This document shows, in pieces, positions 11,846 to 22,164 of a stretch of 64,000 nt of DNA. The notes beneath the pieces are model-generated. The model ran no database searches, was not told the origin of the DNA, and saw only the letters and a list, made by a program, of their open reading frames with translations. How positions within the stretch are numbered: position 1 is the first letter of the stretch; the number at the start of each line of letters is the position of its first letter. Source of the DNA: Raja brachyura (lineage: Eukaryota); the NCBI GenBank assembly GCA_963514005.1, contig OY740786.1, positions 30,318,001 to 30,382,000 on the forward strand. Reading direction: 5' to 3'. A program made the translations under genes and the position numbers.

Positions 11846-12829
11846 TTATTTGGCAGAACTCAAAATCCTTCCTGCATAAGAGTCAGGAGAGGCCACGGGT
11901 TTATTGTAGAAGCGATGAAATGTCTTCTCATTACTCCAACCCGCTGTGGCCAGGATGTGGTCCAAGGGTACTTCCATCATCCTAGCCGCCGAGGCGGATG
12001 CCGCCCTGGTGGAGTGGGATTTGAATATATTAGTGTCCACCCCCGCCGCATCCAGTACCACCCTTAACCATCTAGAAATGGTTTGCACCGTGACTTTGTG
12101 ATGGGGCTTTTTGTGACTTATAAGCAATGCTGTCTCCATGCCCCTGAGACTTTTGGTGACTGAAATATATCGTGAAATTAACGTGATGATGCAAAGTCGA
12201 GTATCTGCTGGATATGCCAGAAACTCCAAGGTATGTCCAGACGCTCCGGGTCGATCTTGTTTTAACAGTCCCTGCACATAAAAAGTGATTTTGTCATTGG
12301 TGATAGTCATGGCATCCAGATTAAGTTTGTGCAGGGACTGGACCCATTGTGCCGTGATTAGTGCCATGATCATTACCATTTTGTAGGTGAGCTTTGCCAA
12401 AGTGAGCCCCGAGTTAGGTGTCCATCCTCGCAGCATAGTTAAAACTATGCTGATATCCCACGTATGGTTGTATCTGGGCCTGGGGGGATTGGAATTAAAT
12501 ATTCCTCTCATTAGTTTAGATACCAATGGATGTGATCCAATGCCCAATTGGTCACTCCCCTGGCCCAAGTAGGACGATAGGGCACTCCTGGCACTGTTTA
12601 TGGCACTGTAGCTCAGTCCCTCATCAAAGTGAAGGGCAGCCAAGAATTCCAGCACTTCTGTAATAGTAGCGGATTCATATGTAGTGTTGGTAGTAGCGCA
12701 GAATCCTTCCCACTTCCTGATGTAGGTCAGGTACTGCTTCCTGGTGGACTCCCTGCATGCTGCTGAGATGGTGTCTATGGTTCTGCTGGTGAGTCCGTAT
12801 CTCAGAAGAGGCCGTTTTAGAATCTGCAA
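11846..12829 (-). CDS. DIRS tyrosine recombinase (327 aa; box I Arg apparently replaced by Trp)
   Basis: N-terminal STRKQYLTYIRKWEGF/YSAINSARSALS core-binding region, HSTR (H-x-x-R), AGWS and TFHRFY nucleophile motif; box I reads TAQWVQSL. Confidence 0.93.
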   Translation of the reverse strand: MQILKRPLLRYGLTSRTIDTISAACRESTRKQYLTYIRKWEGFCATTNTTYESATITEVLEFLAALHFDEGLSYSAINSARSALSSYLGQGSDQLGIGSHPLVSKLMRGIFNSNPPRPRYNHTWDISIVLTMLRGWTPNSGLTLAKLTYKMVMIMALITAQWVQSLHKLNLDAMTITNDKITFYVQGLLKQDRPGASGHTLEFLAYPADTRLCIITLISRYISVTKSLRGMETALLISHKKPHHKVTVQTISRWLRVVLDAAGVDTNIFKSHSTRAASASAARMMEVPLDHILATAGWSNEKTFHRFYNKPVASPDSYAGRILSSAK

Positions 12830-14829
12830 ATTAACAGGTCCATGCGGTCATGACATGGGTGGTGTTGTCCTGTGACAGGATGTATGAGCAGACTAGGTCG
12901 TTTATTGACCCGAATGCAAGGTTCTGTGGCCATCTTCTGTACCGCTGGGAACCATGGTTGGGTAGGCCAGTCGGGCACAACCAAAATACCCGAAGCGGAG
13001 TCTTGTTTGATTTTCTGCAAGACCCGACTGATGAGGCAGAAGGGGGGGAATGCATAACAGAACAAATCCCCCCAATGTAGCGTGAAAGCGTCCATCGCTA
13101 CTGCCCCTGGGTCTGGTTCCCAAGCAACATATGTTGGTAGTTGGTGATTTAATCTGGACGCAAATAGGTCGATATCCGGTGTCCCATAACGTTCTACAAT
13201 ATCTGTGAACACTTTTCGATCCAACATCCATTCTATGTTGTCGTTAAATTTGCGTGACCTGGTGTCTGCCACCGTATTTAGCTTACCTGGGAGGTAAGTG
13301 GCTGAAATCCAAATTTCCCTTTGCAGACACCAGTGCCAGATATTGTTGGCCAATTCATCACACGATATCGACTTTATTCCGCCCATGTGGTTAATATAAG
13401 CCACCACCGTGGTATTGTCAATTTGTATCCTAACATGTACTTTGTGCATGTCTGTGCAGTATGCCCTTAGGCCGTGAAATGCTGCCAGCATTTCTGAATA
13501 GTTAATCCCCAAAGTTTTGAATAGGGTTAACTCTTGTGCACTCCATCTACCTCCACAACTAGTGGTAGTATTAGTTGCTCCCCAACCTTTGGCACTGGCA
13601 TCCGTTTGTAAGATGATCAAGGGATTGATGATAGTGATGGGTTTGGAACAATATTGGGCATTAACCATCCACCAATTTAATTCGGCTTTTGCCTTCTCTG
13701 GTATTTTCATAGGCCTGTCGAAATGGCCTGCATGACTTTTGAGAGCTATCATTTTAGCTCTTTGTAGGTTTTGATAATGTAAAGGCCCAAATTGTGCTGC
13801 GGGAAAAGCAGCCACTATCTTCCCAATCACCCTGGCCACCTGTCGAATGGATGGGTCCTTGATGCCAGTAAGGCTCCAGCAAGCCTCTATCAAGTCCACC
13901 ACCTTGTTTGGTGGCAACGTGATAGACATTTGCACTGAGTAGATAAAAAAACCCAAGTAGTTCATGGTGGTAGAGGGTTCTAATTTTGATTTATCTGGAT
14001 GTATAATGAACCCCAGCTTCTGAAAAAGATGTTTCGTGGCTGAAACTGCCAATGTAGCCGTTTCCAAACTCTCCCCAACAATGAGGATATCATCAAGATA
14101 GGCCATTACAGTATGATTCTGTTTTCTTAAGTAGGCCAATGCTGGTTTTAATATCTTGGTAAACAATCTGGGTGCTGATGATAACCCATTAGGCAAGGCT
14201 TTGTATTGCCATAACTGTCCCATCCAGATAAATTTTAAGTATTTCCTATGATCCTTGTGTATTGGTACTGAATAGTATGCATCTTTGAGATCAATGCATG
14301 CCATGTAGTACCCATTAGCTATTAACTGTATAGCAGTGTCAAAGGTGTCCATTTTGAAATGAACATACTGAACAGAAGTATTCAGTTCGGTCAGATCTAT
14401 GATAATGCGGCAACCGCCATCTTTTTTATTTTTGGTGAATATATTAGATACGAACTCCTGAGGTTCTCTGATGGTTTTCTCAATTACCCCCTTTTCAATT
14501 AACCTGTATAGTTCAGCATGCCCTGCTGCCTTCCCTTTTTGAGAGAGGATGAATTTTCGGCTAGGTGAATGCTGGACCGGGGTAGGGAGTTTGTGAATAA
14601 ATTCAATTTTGTAGCCCTGAATACGTCTGAGTATAAAAGGATCAGAGGTAAAAGTGCGCCAAATTTCATAGAACATGTGCAACCGGCCCCCTACATAAAG
14701 TGAATTTAGGCAAGATGTGTTCCTGGGGAAGCCAGACCCACCTACCTCCATGGTTAATGCCGGTGTTGCGGTCTCTGTCCTTGTTTCTTCTGTTGGTTCG
14801 ACGTGTTGTAGGAGTGGCGCATCTTCCAA
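12817..14829 (-). CDS. DIRS pol: reverse transcriptase, RNase H and adenine-methyltransferase-like domain
   Basis: IDLKDAYY, LPNGLSSAP, YLDD; RNase H QTDAS, E, IQIDN, NTVAD; C-terminal IDLFASRLN and YAFPPF. The true start may be the ATG of MEVGG. Confidence 0.95.
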   Translation of the reverse strand: MEDAPLLQHVEPTEETRTETATPALTMEVGGSGFPRNTSCLNSLYVGGRLHMFYEIWRTFTSDPFILRRIQGYKIEFIHKLPTPVQHSPSRKFILSQKGKAAGHAELYRLIEKGVIEKTIREPQEFVSNIFTKNKKDGGCRIIIDLTELNTSVQYVHFKMDTFDTAIQLIANGYYMACIDLKDAYYSVPIHKDHRKYLKFIWMGQLWQYKALPNGLSSAPRLFTKILKPALAYLRKQNHTVMAYLDDILIVGESLETATLAVSATKHLFQKLGFIIHPDKSKLEPSTTMNYLGFFIYSVQMSITLPPNKVVDLIEACWSLTGIKDPSIRQVARVIGKIVAAFPAAQFGPLHYQNLQRAKMIALKSHAGHFDRPMKIPEKAKAELNWWMVNAQYCSKPITIINPLIILQTDASAKGWGATNTTTSCGGRWSAQELTLFKTLGINYSEMLAAFHGLRAYCTDMHKVHVRIQIDNTTVVAYINHMGGIKSISCDELANNIWHWCLQREIWISATYLPGKLNTVADTRSRKFNDNIEWMLDRKVFTDIVERYGTPDIDLFASRLNHQLPTYVAWEPDPGAVAMDAFTLHWGDLFCYAFPPFCLISRVLQKIKQDSASGILVVPDWPTQPWFPAVQKMATEPCIRVNKRPSLLIHPVTGQHHPCHDRMDLLICRF

Positions 14830-16076
14830 GAAGGCCGGGCTGGGCCATGGCCTAAAAAAGACCGCTGTGCAGGTTGGCCGGCCTTCGAGCTTTCACCACC
14901 GGCAGATCTGTAATGATATCTCTGTCCGGTGGGTGTGTAGGGGTGCTGTCGCTGAGGATAATGAGTTTTCGTAGAGCCGGGTACCTTGATCAGGCCCAAG
15001 GCCTTGGCCTCCTCGTCAAGGTCTTTTACCTGCTTGGGAAGGTTATCCCCGAACAGCAGGTTTGGAGGCTGAGCGTTCCCAGGCTTGCACAAACCCGCAA
15101 ACTTGGGGTTGAGTGCCGGCTTAATGATGCTCTTCCTGAAGTTGTTTATCTCATACTGTGTATTACACAGTAGAGCCAGGGCATCTTGCAGTTCTTCCGG
15201 CAACTCTATCCCCACTGCAGTTCTGGCCACTGCTGTGATCCCGGCGGTTAAGAGCTTCAGGATCCTCTGTAGTTTAATTTCTTGCCCTCTGCTCATGGGG
15301 CTCATGATCCCCCAAATAGGGTTGTTCACCGCGGGGACATTCAGCGACTTGCAATTCTCAGGAGCCATATATTTATCGGCTGTAGAATTAATAGCCTGCT
15401 CCTGTAGCTGGTTAGTAGCCATGTAATTAATGCTGGCTGCCAGCTTAGGGTGGATTGGTAGGCCTTTCTGTATAGGCACTGCATGTTTATTTACCATATC
15501 CAGGTATTCTTCACACACCCCTGACACTGATGGTTGTTCAGCCAGCTCCCCTTCTTCTGGGTCAGCCCAGTTCTGACCCTCAATGCTCCCCTGCGAAGAG
15601 GGCGAGACATTAGGCAGTCCATGGTAGGAACCTGCCGTGGGCCTGCGAAGAGGCCCACTGTGACTCTGCCCCTGCATTAGCAGGTCACGTTGGAGCAACT
15701 GCTCCACCATCCGCTCCATGCGGGCTAGACGACCTCCGTCGCTATCTGCGAATGGGGTGTCCTCGGGTCCGGACCCAGCTGAGTCGGCGGCCCCGTCCGA
15801 CTTCCGGGTGGATTTGCCGCCCGACCGTGGTGTACCAACGGCCCTCATGGGCGAGAAGTCGGGAGCTGCAGGTAAAACCTGTAACTCGGGAGAAGCGGCA
15901 CGCTGCTGGCTGCTCTCCATAGCAGCTGCTCTCGCCGCTGCTCTCTTTGATTTCCGTGATTCCATGTTTGTAAATGATCCTTCGTCGACGCTCACTCCTT
16001 CGGTGAGACTTACCTGGCGTAAGCTTTTTAACTTACGCTGGAGGAGCCCCGCTCCTCCCGACTGTCGCTTCCGCAT
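14754..16076 (-). CDS. DIRS ORF1 (gag-like protein, 440 aa)
   Basis: Long open ORF at the 5' end of the element overlapping pol. Low-complexity N-terminus, PENCKSLNVPAVNNPIW...LLFGDNL core, basic C-terminus. Confidence 0.85.
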   Translation of the reverse strand: MRKRQSGGAGLLQRKLKSLRQVSLTEGVSVDEGSFTNMESRKSKRAAARAAAMESSQQRAASPELQVLPAAPDFSPMRAVGTPRSGGKSTRKSDGAADSAGSGPEDTPFADSDGGRLARMERMVEQLLQRDLLMQGQSHSGPLRRPTAGSYHGLPNVSPSSQGSIEGQNWADPEEGELAEQPSVSGVCEEYLDMVNKHAVPIQKGLPIHPKLAASINYMATNQLQEQAINSTADKYMAPENCKSLNVPAVNNPIWGIMSPMSRGQEIKLQRILKLLTAGITAVARTAVGIELPEELQDALALLCNTQYEINNFRKSIIKPALNPKFAGLCKPGNAQPPNLLFGDNLPKQVKDLDEEAKALGLIKVPGSTKTHYPQRQHPYTPTGQRYHYRSAGGESSKAGQPAQRSFLGHGPARPSWKMRHSYNTSNQQKKQGQRPQHRH

Positions 16077-16140
16077 GCGAACGACGATATGTCGCGCATG
16101 CGTGCTGGCGGGGTCTTCACGTAGTCACTCACGTGACTCC
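16070..16140 (-). promoter_or_regulatory. Putative DIRS terminal-repeat promoter motifs
   Basis: Palindromic E-box TCACGTGAC (16129-16137) and GCGCATGCG NRF1-like motif (16094-16102) just upstream of ORF1; function inferred. Confidence 0.3.
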
Positions 16141-16839
16141 GAAGTAAAATCCACATTTATTTATCATATGGTGAGGTACACAAATAATGAAAAACTTGCT
16201 TGCAGCAGCATCAGGCACAGGCAATGAGCCAAAATATAAAGTATACATAAGTTACCCAAAAATCCAACAAAACTGTGAAAAGATAAAGATGGCAAATCAG
16301 ACGGCAAAAGACAGAAAATAAGTATTGAAGTCAGCCCCTTGCTTATCAGGAATCTTTCAACTTCTGAATTAACAATATTCACAGACATTGCTTCTAGCGC
16401 CTTTGATGAAGAAAAGACAATTCCAAATACTCAGGTCATTGTGAAAGGAAAAAAAAATGTCTCATCTTTGTTTCAAGGGAAAGATCCATTATTTTCAAAC
16501 AGTTTCTCTCAGTTATAGATTCTTTCACGAAAGGCAAAATTGCCGCTGCATACACTTAACTTTTCTCAAGATTTCATAGTGTCCAACTTCCTGTTTTAAA
16601 AGAGGCATTTGTCATCTATCATCACCTCACACAATATTCCTTTCCTCAAATTTCTTACACTAATGTTTTATTTTTCTTTTGTTATTTTTATTGTCCTTTT
16701 TTGCACAATCTACCTTGCACAATCTAGTTGCTTGGATTAGTGTGAGAAATGTTAAGGTATTCCAGGTATTATTTTTGTATAATTTATGGGTTGTTTTGCC
16801 TGTGATACTGCCGCAAGCAAGATTTTCAGTGTACATATT

Positions 16840-18335
16840 TTAAGAAAGGAGGGAGAGGGAGAAAGCAGGGAATTATAGACCAGTTAGCCTGACATCGGTG
16901 GTGGGGAAGATGCTGAAGTCAATTATTAAAGATGCAGCAGTAACAGGATCGGTCCAAATCAGCATGGATTTACGAAGCGGAAATCTTGCTTGACTAATTT
17001 TCTGGAATTTTTTTGAGGATGGAACAAGTAAAATGGATAAGGGAGAGCCAGTGCATGTAGTGTATCTGGACTTTCAGAAAGCCTTTGATAAGGCCCCCAC
17101 ACAGGAGATTAGTGGGCAAAATTAGAGCACAATGTATTCGGGGTAGGGTATTGACATGGTAGGTAGTGACTAGTGGGGTGCCGCAAGGCTCGGTGCTGGG
17201 ACTGCAGCCTTTTACAATATATATTAATGATTTCAATTAAAATAAACATTAGCAAATTTGCAGATGAGACAAAGCTGGGTGGCAGTGTGAACTGTGAAGA
17301 GGATGCTATGAAGATGCAGGGTGACGGATAGGTTGAGTGAGTGGGCAGATGCATGACAGATACAATATAATATGGAAAATGTGAGGTTATCCACTTATGT
17401 GGCAAGAACAAGAAGGCAGATTATTATCAGAATGGTGTCAGATTAGGAAAATGGGAAGTTCAACGAGACATGGGTGTCATTGTACAGCAGTCACTGAAAG
17501 TAAGTCGTTAAAGAAGGAACTGCAGATGCTGGAGAATCGAGGGTTACACAAAAAGCTGGAGAAACTCAGCGGGTGCAGCAGCATCTAAAGAGCGTAGGAG
17601 ATAGGCGACGTTTCGGGTCGAGACCCTTCTTCAGAAGGGTCTCGACCCGAAACGTCACTGAAAGTAAGTCTGCAGGTGCAGCAGACAGTGAAGAAAGCTA
17701 ATGGCATGTTGGCCTTCATAACTAGAGGATTTGATTATAGGAGCAAAGAGGTCCTTCTGCAATTATACAGAGCTCTGGTGAGACCACACCTGGAGTATTG
17801 TGTGCAGTTTTAGTCGCCTAATTTGAGGAAGGACATTCGTGCTATTGAGGGAGTGAAACGTAGGTTCACGAGGTTAATTCCAGGGATGGCGGGATGTCAT
17901 ATGATGATAGAATGGAGTAACTGGGCTTGTATTCACAGGAATTTAGAAGGATGATCTTATAGAAACATATCAAATTATTAAGGGATTGGGTACACTAGAT
18001 GCAGGAAACATGTTCCCAATGTTGGGGGAGTCCAGAACCAGGGGCCACAGTTTAAGAATAAGGGGTAGGCCATTTACTACTAAGATGAGTAAAAACGTTT
18101 CCACCCAGAGAGTTGTGAATTTGTGGAATTCCCTGCCTCAGAAGGCAGTGGAGGCTGGTTCATTAGATGCAATCAAAAGGAATTAGATACAGCTCTTAGG
18201 GCTTGCGAATCAAGGGATATGGGGAGAAGGCAGGAACCAGGTACAGATTGTGGATGATCAGCCGTGATCACATTGAATGGCGGTGCTGGCTCAAAGGGCT
18301 CAATGGCCTATTCCTGTACCTATTTTCTATGTATC
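16840..18335 (+). mobile_element. CR1 LINE (decayed RT and 3' end), interrupted by a 147-bp insertion
   Basis: GNYRPVSLTSVVGK, YLDFQKAFDK, SGVPQGSVLG, KFAD, RPHLEYCVQF, VVNLWNSLPQKAV and 3' UTR. Confidence 0.92.
17507..17653 (-). mobile_element. Penelope-derived mini-insertion with a hammerhead core and a 17-bp TSD
   Basis: TSD GTCACTGAAAGTAAGTC at 17490-17506 and 17654-17670. The body matches the PLE 3' end at 22170-22266. Minus strand reads CTGAAGA-AGGGTCTCGACCC-GAAACGTC. Confidence 0.85.
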
Positions 18336-19294
18336 TTGCTGTATTTGTTAATATGACAATATACTCGACTCACTCGGATCTGTAATTTTGTTTTGATTTC
18401 AACTGCATCAACTTGTCTGATGACTGATTGAGCTCTTTGTTTCATCTTTAATTTAATGTGATGATTTCTAGTAAGAGGGCCATCTCGATTGTAACACTGA
18501 AATGTATTTATGTGTTATTGCATTAATGGGCCTGTAAAACTCCAGCAAGAAAAAATTGTATTGTTCCATTGGTGGTACATATGACAATTAAACAATCTTG
18601 ACTATAAAATTACGATTAGCTTGTTTTTTTACAAAATATTATAATGCAAAACCAAAAATGGGGGGGGGGGGGGGCGTGGAGGGGGGATGGACTAACAGTT
18701 TCAGTCACCTTCTTCTTTCATGGACTTTCGAGTTACCTTACTTCGATCTGATGCAGCCAGTTGGTGTGCTTTCTACTGAAAACCTGTCAACAATGGTCCG
18801 GGTATTCAGTGATATACTAAATCTGCTTAATCCTCTGAGGAAGTACATGCATTGATGAGCTTTCTTTGTAATTGTATCGATGTGATGGGTCTGCGACAGA
18901 TCCTCAGAGCTATGCACCCTTAACAACTTGCAGCTGTTGACTCTCCATTTCTATCCTGTTCATGAAGACAGGTTCATGGATCTTCAGCATTCCCTTCTTG
19001 AAGTCAACAGTCAGTTTCTTGGTCTTGTTAATATTGAGAGCAAGATTGTTGTCATGGCACCTTTCAATCAGATTGTTAAGCTCCATCCCGTACTCTGACA
19101 CAGCATTACCCATTATTTGTTTATCGTCGGTGGTATCACTGTGAATATCAAATGGGTTTGGATCTGTGTCTTGCTACTCAATCATGGATACAAAAGGGAA
19201 TAGAGCAGGGGAATGAACACATAGCCTGTGTTGATCATCATCGAGGAGGAAGTGTTATTGCAAATTTGTATTGATTGTGGTAATTGATTGTGGA

Positions 19295-19570
19295 ATTAAG
19301 GGACAGAAGTTTAGGGGTAACATGAGGGGGAACTTCTTTACTCAGAGAGTGGTAGCGGTGTGGAATGAGCTTCCAGTGGAAGTGGTGGTGGCAGGTTCGT
19401 TGGTATAATTTAAAAATAAATTGGATAGGCATATGGATGAGAAGGGTATGGAGGGTTTTGGTATGAGTGCAGGCAGCTGGGACAAAGGGAAAAAAATTGT
19501 TCAGTACGGACTTGAAGGGCTGAGATGGCCTGTTTCCGTGCTGTAATTGTTACATGGTTGTTATATGGTT
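19295..19570 (+). mobile_element. CR1 3' end (left flank of the satellite)
   Basis: Encodes FRGNMRGNFFTQRVVAVWNELP; tail GGCCTGTTTCCGTGCTGTAATTGTTA(C/T)ATGGTT. Confidence 0.85.
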
Positions 19571-21054
19571 AAAAAGCGCCAAAATTGCAGCATACAAAAT
19601 GTGACGAAAATTTGCTTGCAAAAAGCGACGAAAATTCAGCACATGAAAAGCAACGAAATTTCAGCACACAAAAAGCGACGAATATTCAGCATGCAAAAAG
19701 CGACAAAGTTTCAGCATGTGAAAAGCGACAAACCTTCAGAATGCGAAAAATAATTAAAATGAAGCACGCGGAAATCGACAAAAATGAAGCACATGAGAAG
19801 TGCTGAAAATTCACAGGATGAAAAGCGACGAACTTTCAGGATGCATAATGCGACCACTCTTCAGGACATGAAGATGTATTAAAATTCAGCACGTGATAAG
19901 TGACAAAAATTCTGCATGTGAAAAATGACAACATTTCAGCACACAAAAAGCGCCAAAATTTCAGCTTTGCAAATTCGACGAAAATTTGCTTGCAAAAAGC
20001 AATGAAAATTCAGCACTTGAAAAATGACAGAAATTAAGGAAAGGAAAAATGACAAAACTTCAGATGGCAAAATGCAACAACATTTCAGGACGCGGAAAAC
20101 GATGAAAATGAAGGATGCGAAAATCGCCGAATATTAAGCACACTAAAATGCAACGTCCCTTCAGGACATGAAAAGCGATGAAAATTCATCACGTGAAAAG
20201 TGACGAAAATTCAGCATGCAAAAAGCGACAAAATTTCAGTGTGTGAAATTTTGCGCGAAAAGCGACGCAATTTCAGCACATGAAAGCGATGAAAATTCAG
20301 CATGCGAAAAGTGATGAAATTTTAGGACGTGAAAAGCCACGAAATTTCAGCACAGAAAAAGCGCCAAAATTTCAGCACATTAAAAGCTATGAAAATTCAG
20401 CATGCAAAAAGCGATGAAACTTCATCATGCGAAACGCAATAAAATTTGAGTACACAAAAAGTGATGAAAATTTAGCATGCGAAAAGTGACAGAAATCCAG
20501 CATGCAAAAAGTGACAAAAATCCAGCGTGCGAAAAGCCACAAAAATTCAGGAGGTGAAAAGTGATGAAAATGAAGCACGCGGAAATCGATGATAATGAAG
20601 CACGTGAAAAGTGATGTAAATTCAGGGGATGAAAAGTGACGAACTTTCCAGATGCATAATGCGACGACCCTTCAGGACATGAAAAGCAATGAAAATTCAG
20701 CACGTGGAAAGCGACGAATATGCAGCATGCAAAAAGCAACAAAATTTCAGGACGTGAAAAGTGACTACATTTTGGGATGTGAAAAGCGACGAAATTTCAG
20801 CAAACAAAAAGCGGCAAAATTTCAGCACACGAAAATTCAGGAAACGAAGAACAACGAAATTTCAGGATGCATAATGCGACAACATTTCACGACGCGAAAA
20901 GTGATGAAAATAAGGCACGAGCAAATTGATGAAAATGAAGCACACGAAAATGCAACATGGAAAAGCAACAACATTTCAGGATGTGAAAGGGGCAAAATTA
21001 AAGGATGTGAAAAGCACTTCAGCACACGAAAAGCATCGAAAATTCAGCATGCAT
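19571..21054. repeat. 25-bp satellite array (~59 units, consensus AAAAGCGACGAAAATTCAGCATGCG) with higher-order structure
   Basis: Consecutive 25-nt units from 19621. The variant block GAAGCACGCGGAAATCGA recurs at 19761 and 20572. Confidence 0.93.
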
Positions 21055-21236
21055 AACATTTTAACATTTTAACATTTAAAAGTAAAGTGGATAGGTATAT
21101 GGACGGGAAGGAAATGGAGGGGTATGGTCTGAGTGCAGGTATATGGGACTAGGGGAAAATAAATGGTCGGCATGGACTGGAAGGGCCGAGAGAGCCTGTT
21201 TCCGTGCTGTAATTGTTATATGGTTATATTGTTATA
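21055..21236 (+). mobile_element. CR1 3' end (right flank of the satellite)
   Basis: Same subfamily tail as 19400-19570: GCCTGTTTCCGTGCTGTAATTGTTATATGGTTATA. Confidence 0.85.
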
Positions 21237-21539
21237 TGTGGTCTGCCGATGAAGTACTCAAAGTTCTAGTTGCATCTGGATGAACAGAGACCCAGTCCTC
21301 TGAGTTTGATGATAAGGGTTTGATGATGAGGGTGTTGAACGTTGAATTGTACTTAATGAACAACAACCTGACGTGTGTGTGTTCTTATTGTCCAAGTGGT
21401 CCAGTGCAGAGTGGAGCGCCAGCAAGGTCACATCACCTGTTGATCGATTGTTATCGAGTGCGATGCATCGTAATCAGCCTCTCAAAGTATTTAATCACCA
21501 CGGACATTAGTGCCATTGATCTGTAGTCATTGAAGCATG

Positions 21540-21850
21540 TTTAGTTTAATTTAGTTTAGAGATACAGTGCGGAAACAGGCCCTTCAAGCCACCAAGTCCG
21601 CAACGACCAATGATCCCCCACACTATCCTACACACATTAGGGACAATATACATTTATACCAAGCAAATTAATCTACAAACCTGTTCGTCTTTGCAATATG
21701 GGAGGAAACCGAAGTTCTCAGAGAAAACCCATGCACTCATGGGGAGAATGTACACACTCCGTGCAGAAAGCACTCATAGTCAGGATCGAAGCCGGGTCCC
21801 TGTCGCTGTAAGCGCTGTAAGGCCGCAGCTCAGCTGCTGCTCCACCATGC
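21540..21850 (-). mobile_element. tRNA-derived SINE (HE1-like)
   Basis: (TTTAG)n tail, ACAGGCCCTTC, and GGATCGAA (B box on the minus strand) at ~21783. Confidence 0.85.
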
Positions 21851-22164
21851 TGCTCTTGCTCTTCTTGGGCACCAAAATTATGGATGTCCTTTTAAAACAG
21901 GTGAGAACCTTGGACCTTGGGTAGTGAGAGGTTGAAGAAGCCAGTAAAATCTCTAGCTAGTAGCTCCACGCCTTTTTTAAGAATGCTGCCATGTACACAT
22001 GATGTTTGAAAATCAGAAACGCCAACCAACACTTGACACCCACTCACAGCCTGACCTCAGTCTGCAAAGACTGTGCCCTTCTACACCCACCCCCCTCCAA
22101 TCACCACTTCGCACCCAATCACCTCTGTGCTGCAAAACATCACTTATCCAATATCAACAATATA

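Larger units (their letters stand above)
11361..16150 (-). mobile_element. Full-length DIRS1-like tyrosine-recombinase retrotransposon
   Basis: Overlapping gag-like, RT/RNase H/MT and YR ORFs. 35-bp inverted terminal repeats at 11434-11468 and 16089-16123. Internal complementary region 11580-11692 pairs with both termini. AAT at both ends. Confidence 0.97.
18700..21990 (-). mobile_element. Rex1/Babar LINE split by two insertions (pieces ~18700-19281, 21237-21540, 21850-21990)
   Basis: KKAHQCMYFLRGLSRF, CHDNNLALNINKTKKLTVDF; the RT sequence resumes at 21237, collinear with the copy at 1940-2400. Confidence 0.8.

Noticed and set aside
15718-16227. 169-aa plus-strand ORF and other ORFs antisense to the DIRS genes
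   Set aside because: Shadow frames of GC-rich coding sequence with no recognisable motifs.
19571-21054. CRISPR-like regular array and Lys-rich ORFs
   Set aside because: Units are contiguous with no unique spacers, there are no cas genes and the context is eukaryotic. The ORFs are translations of the satellite.
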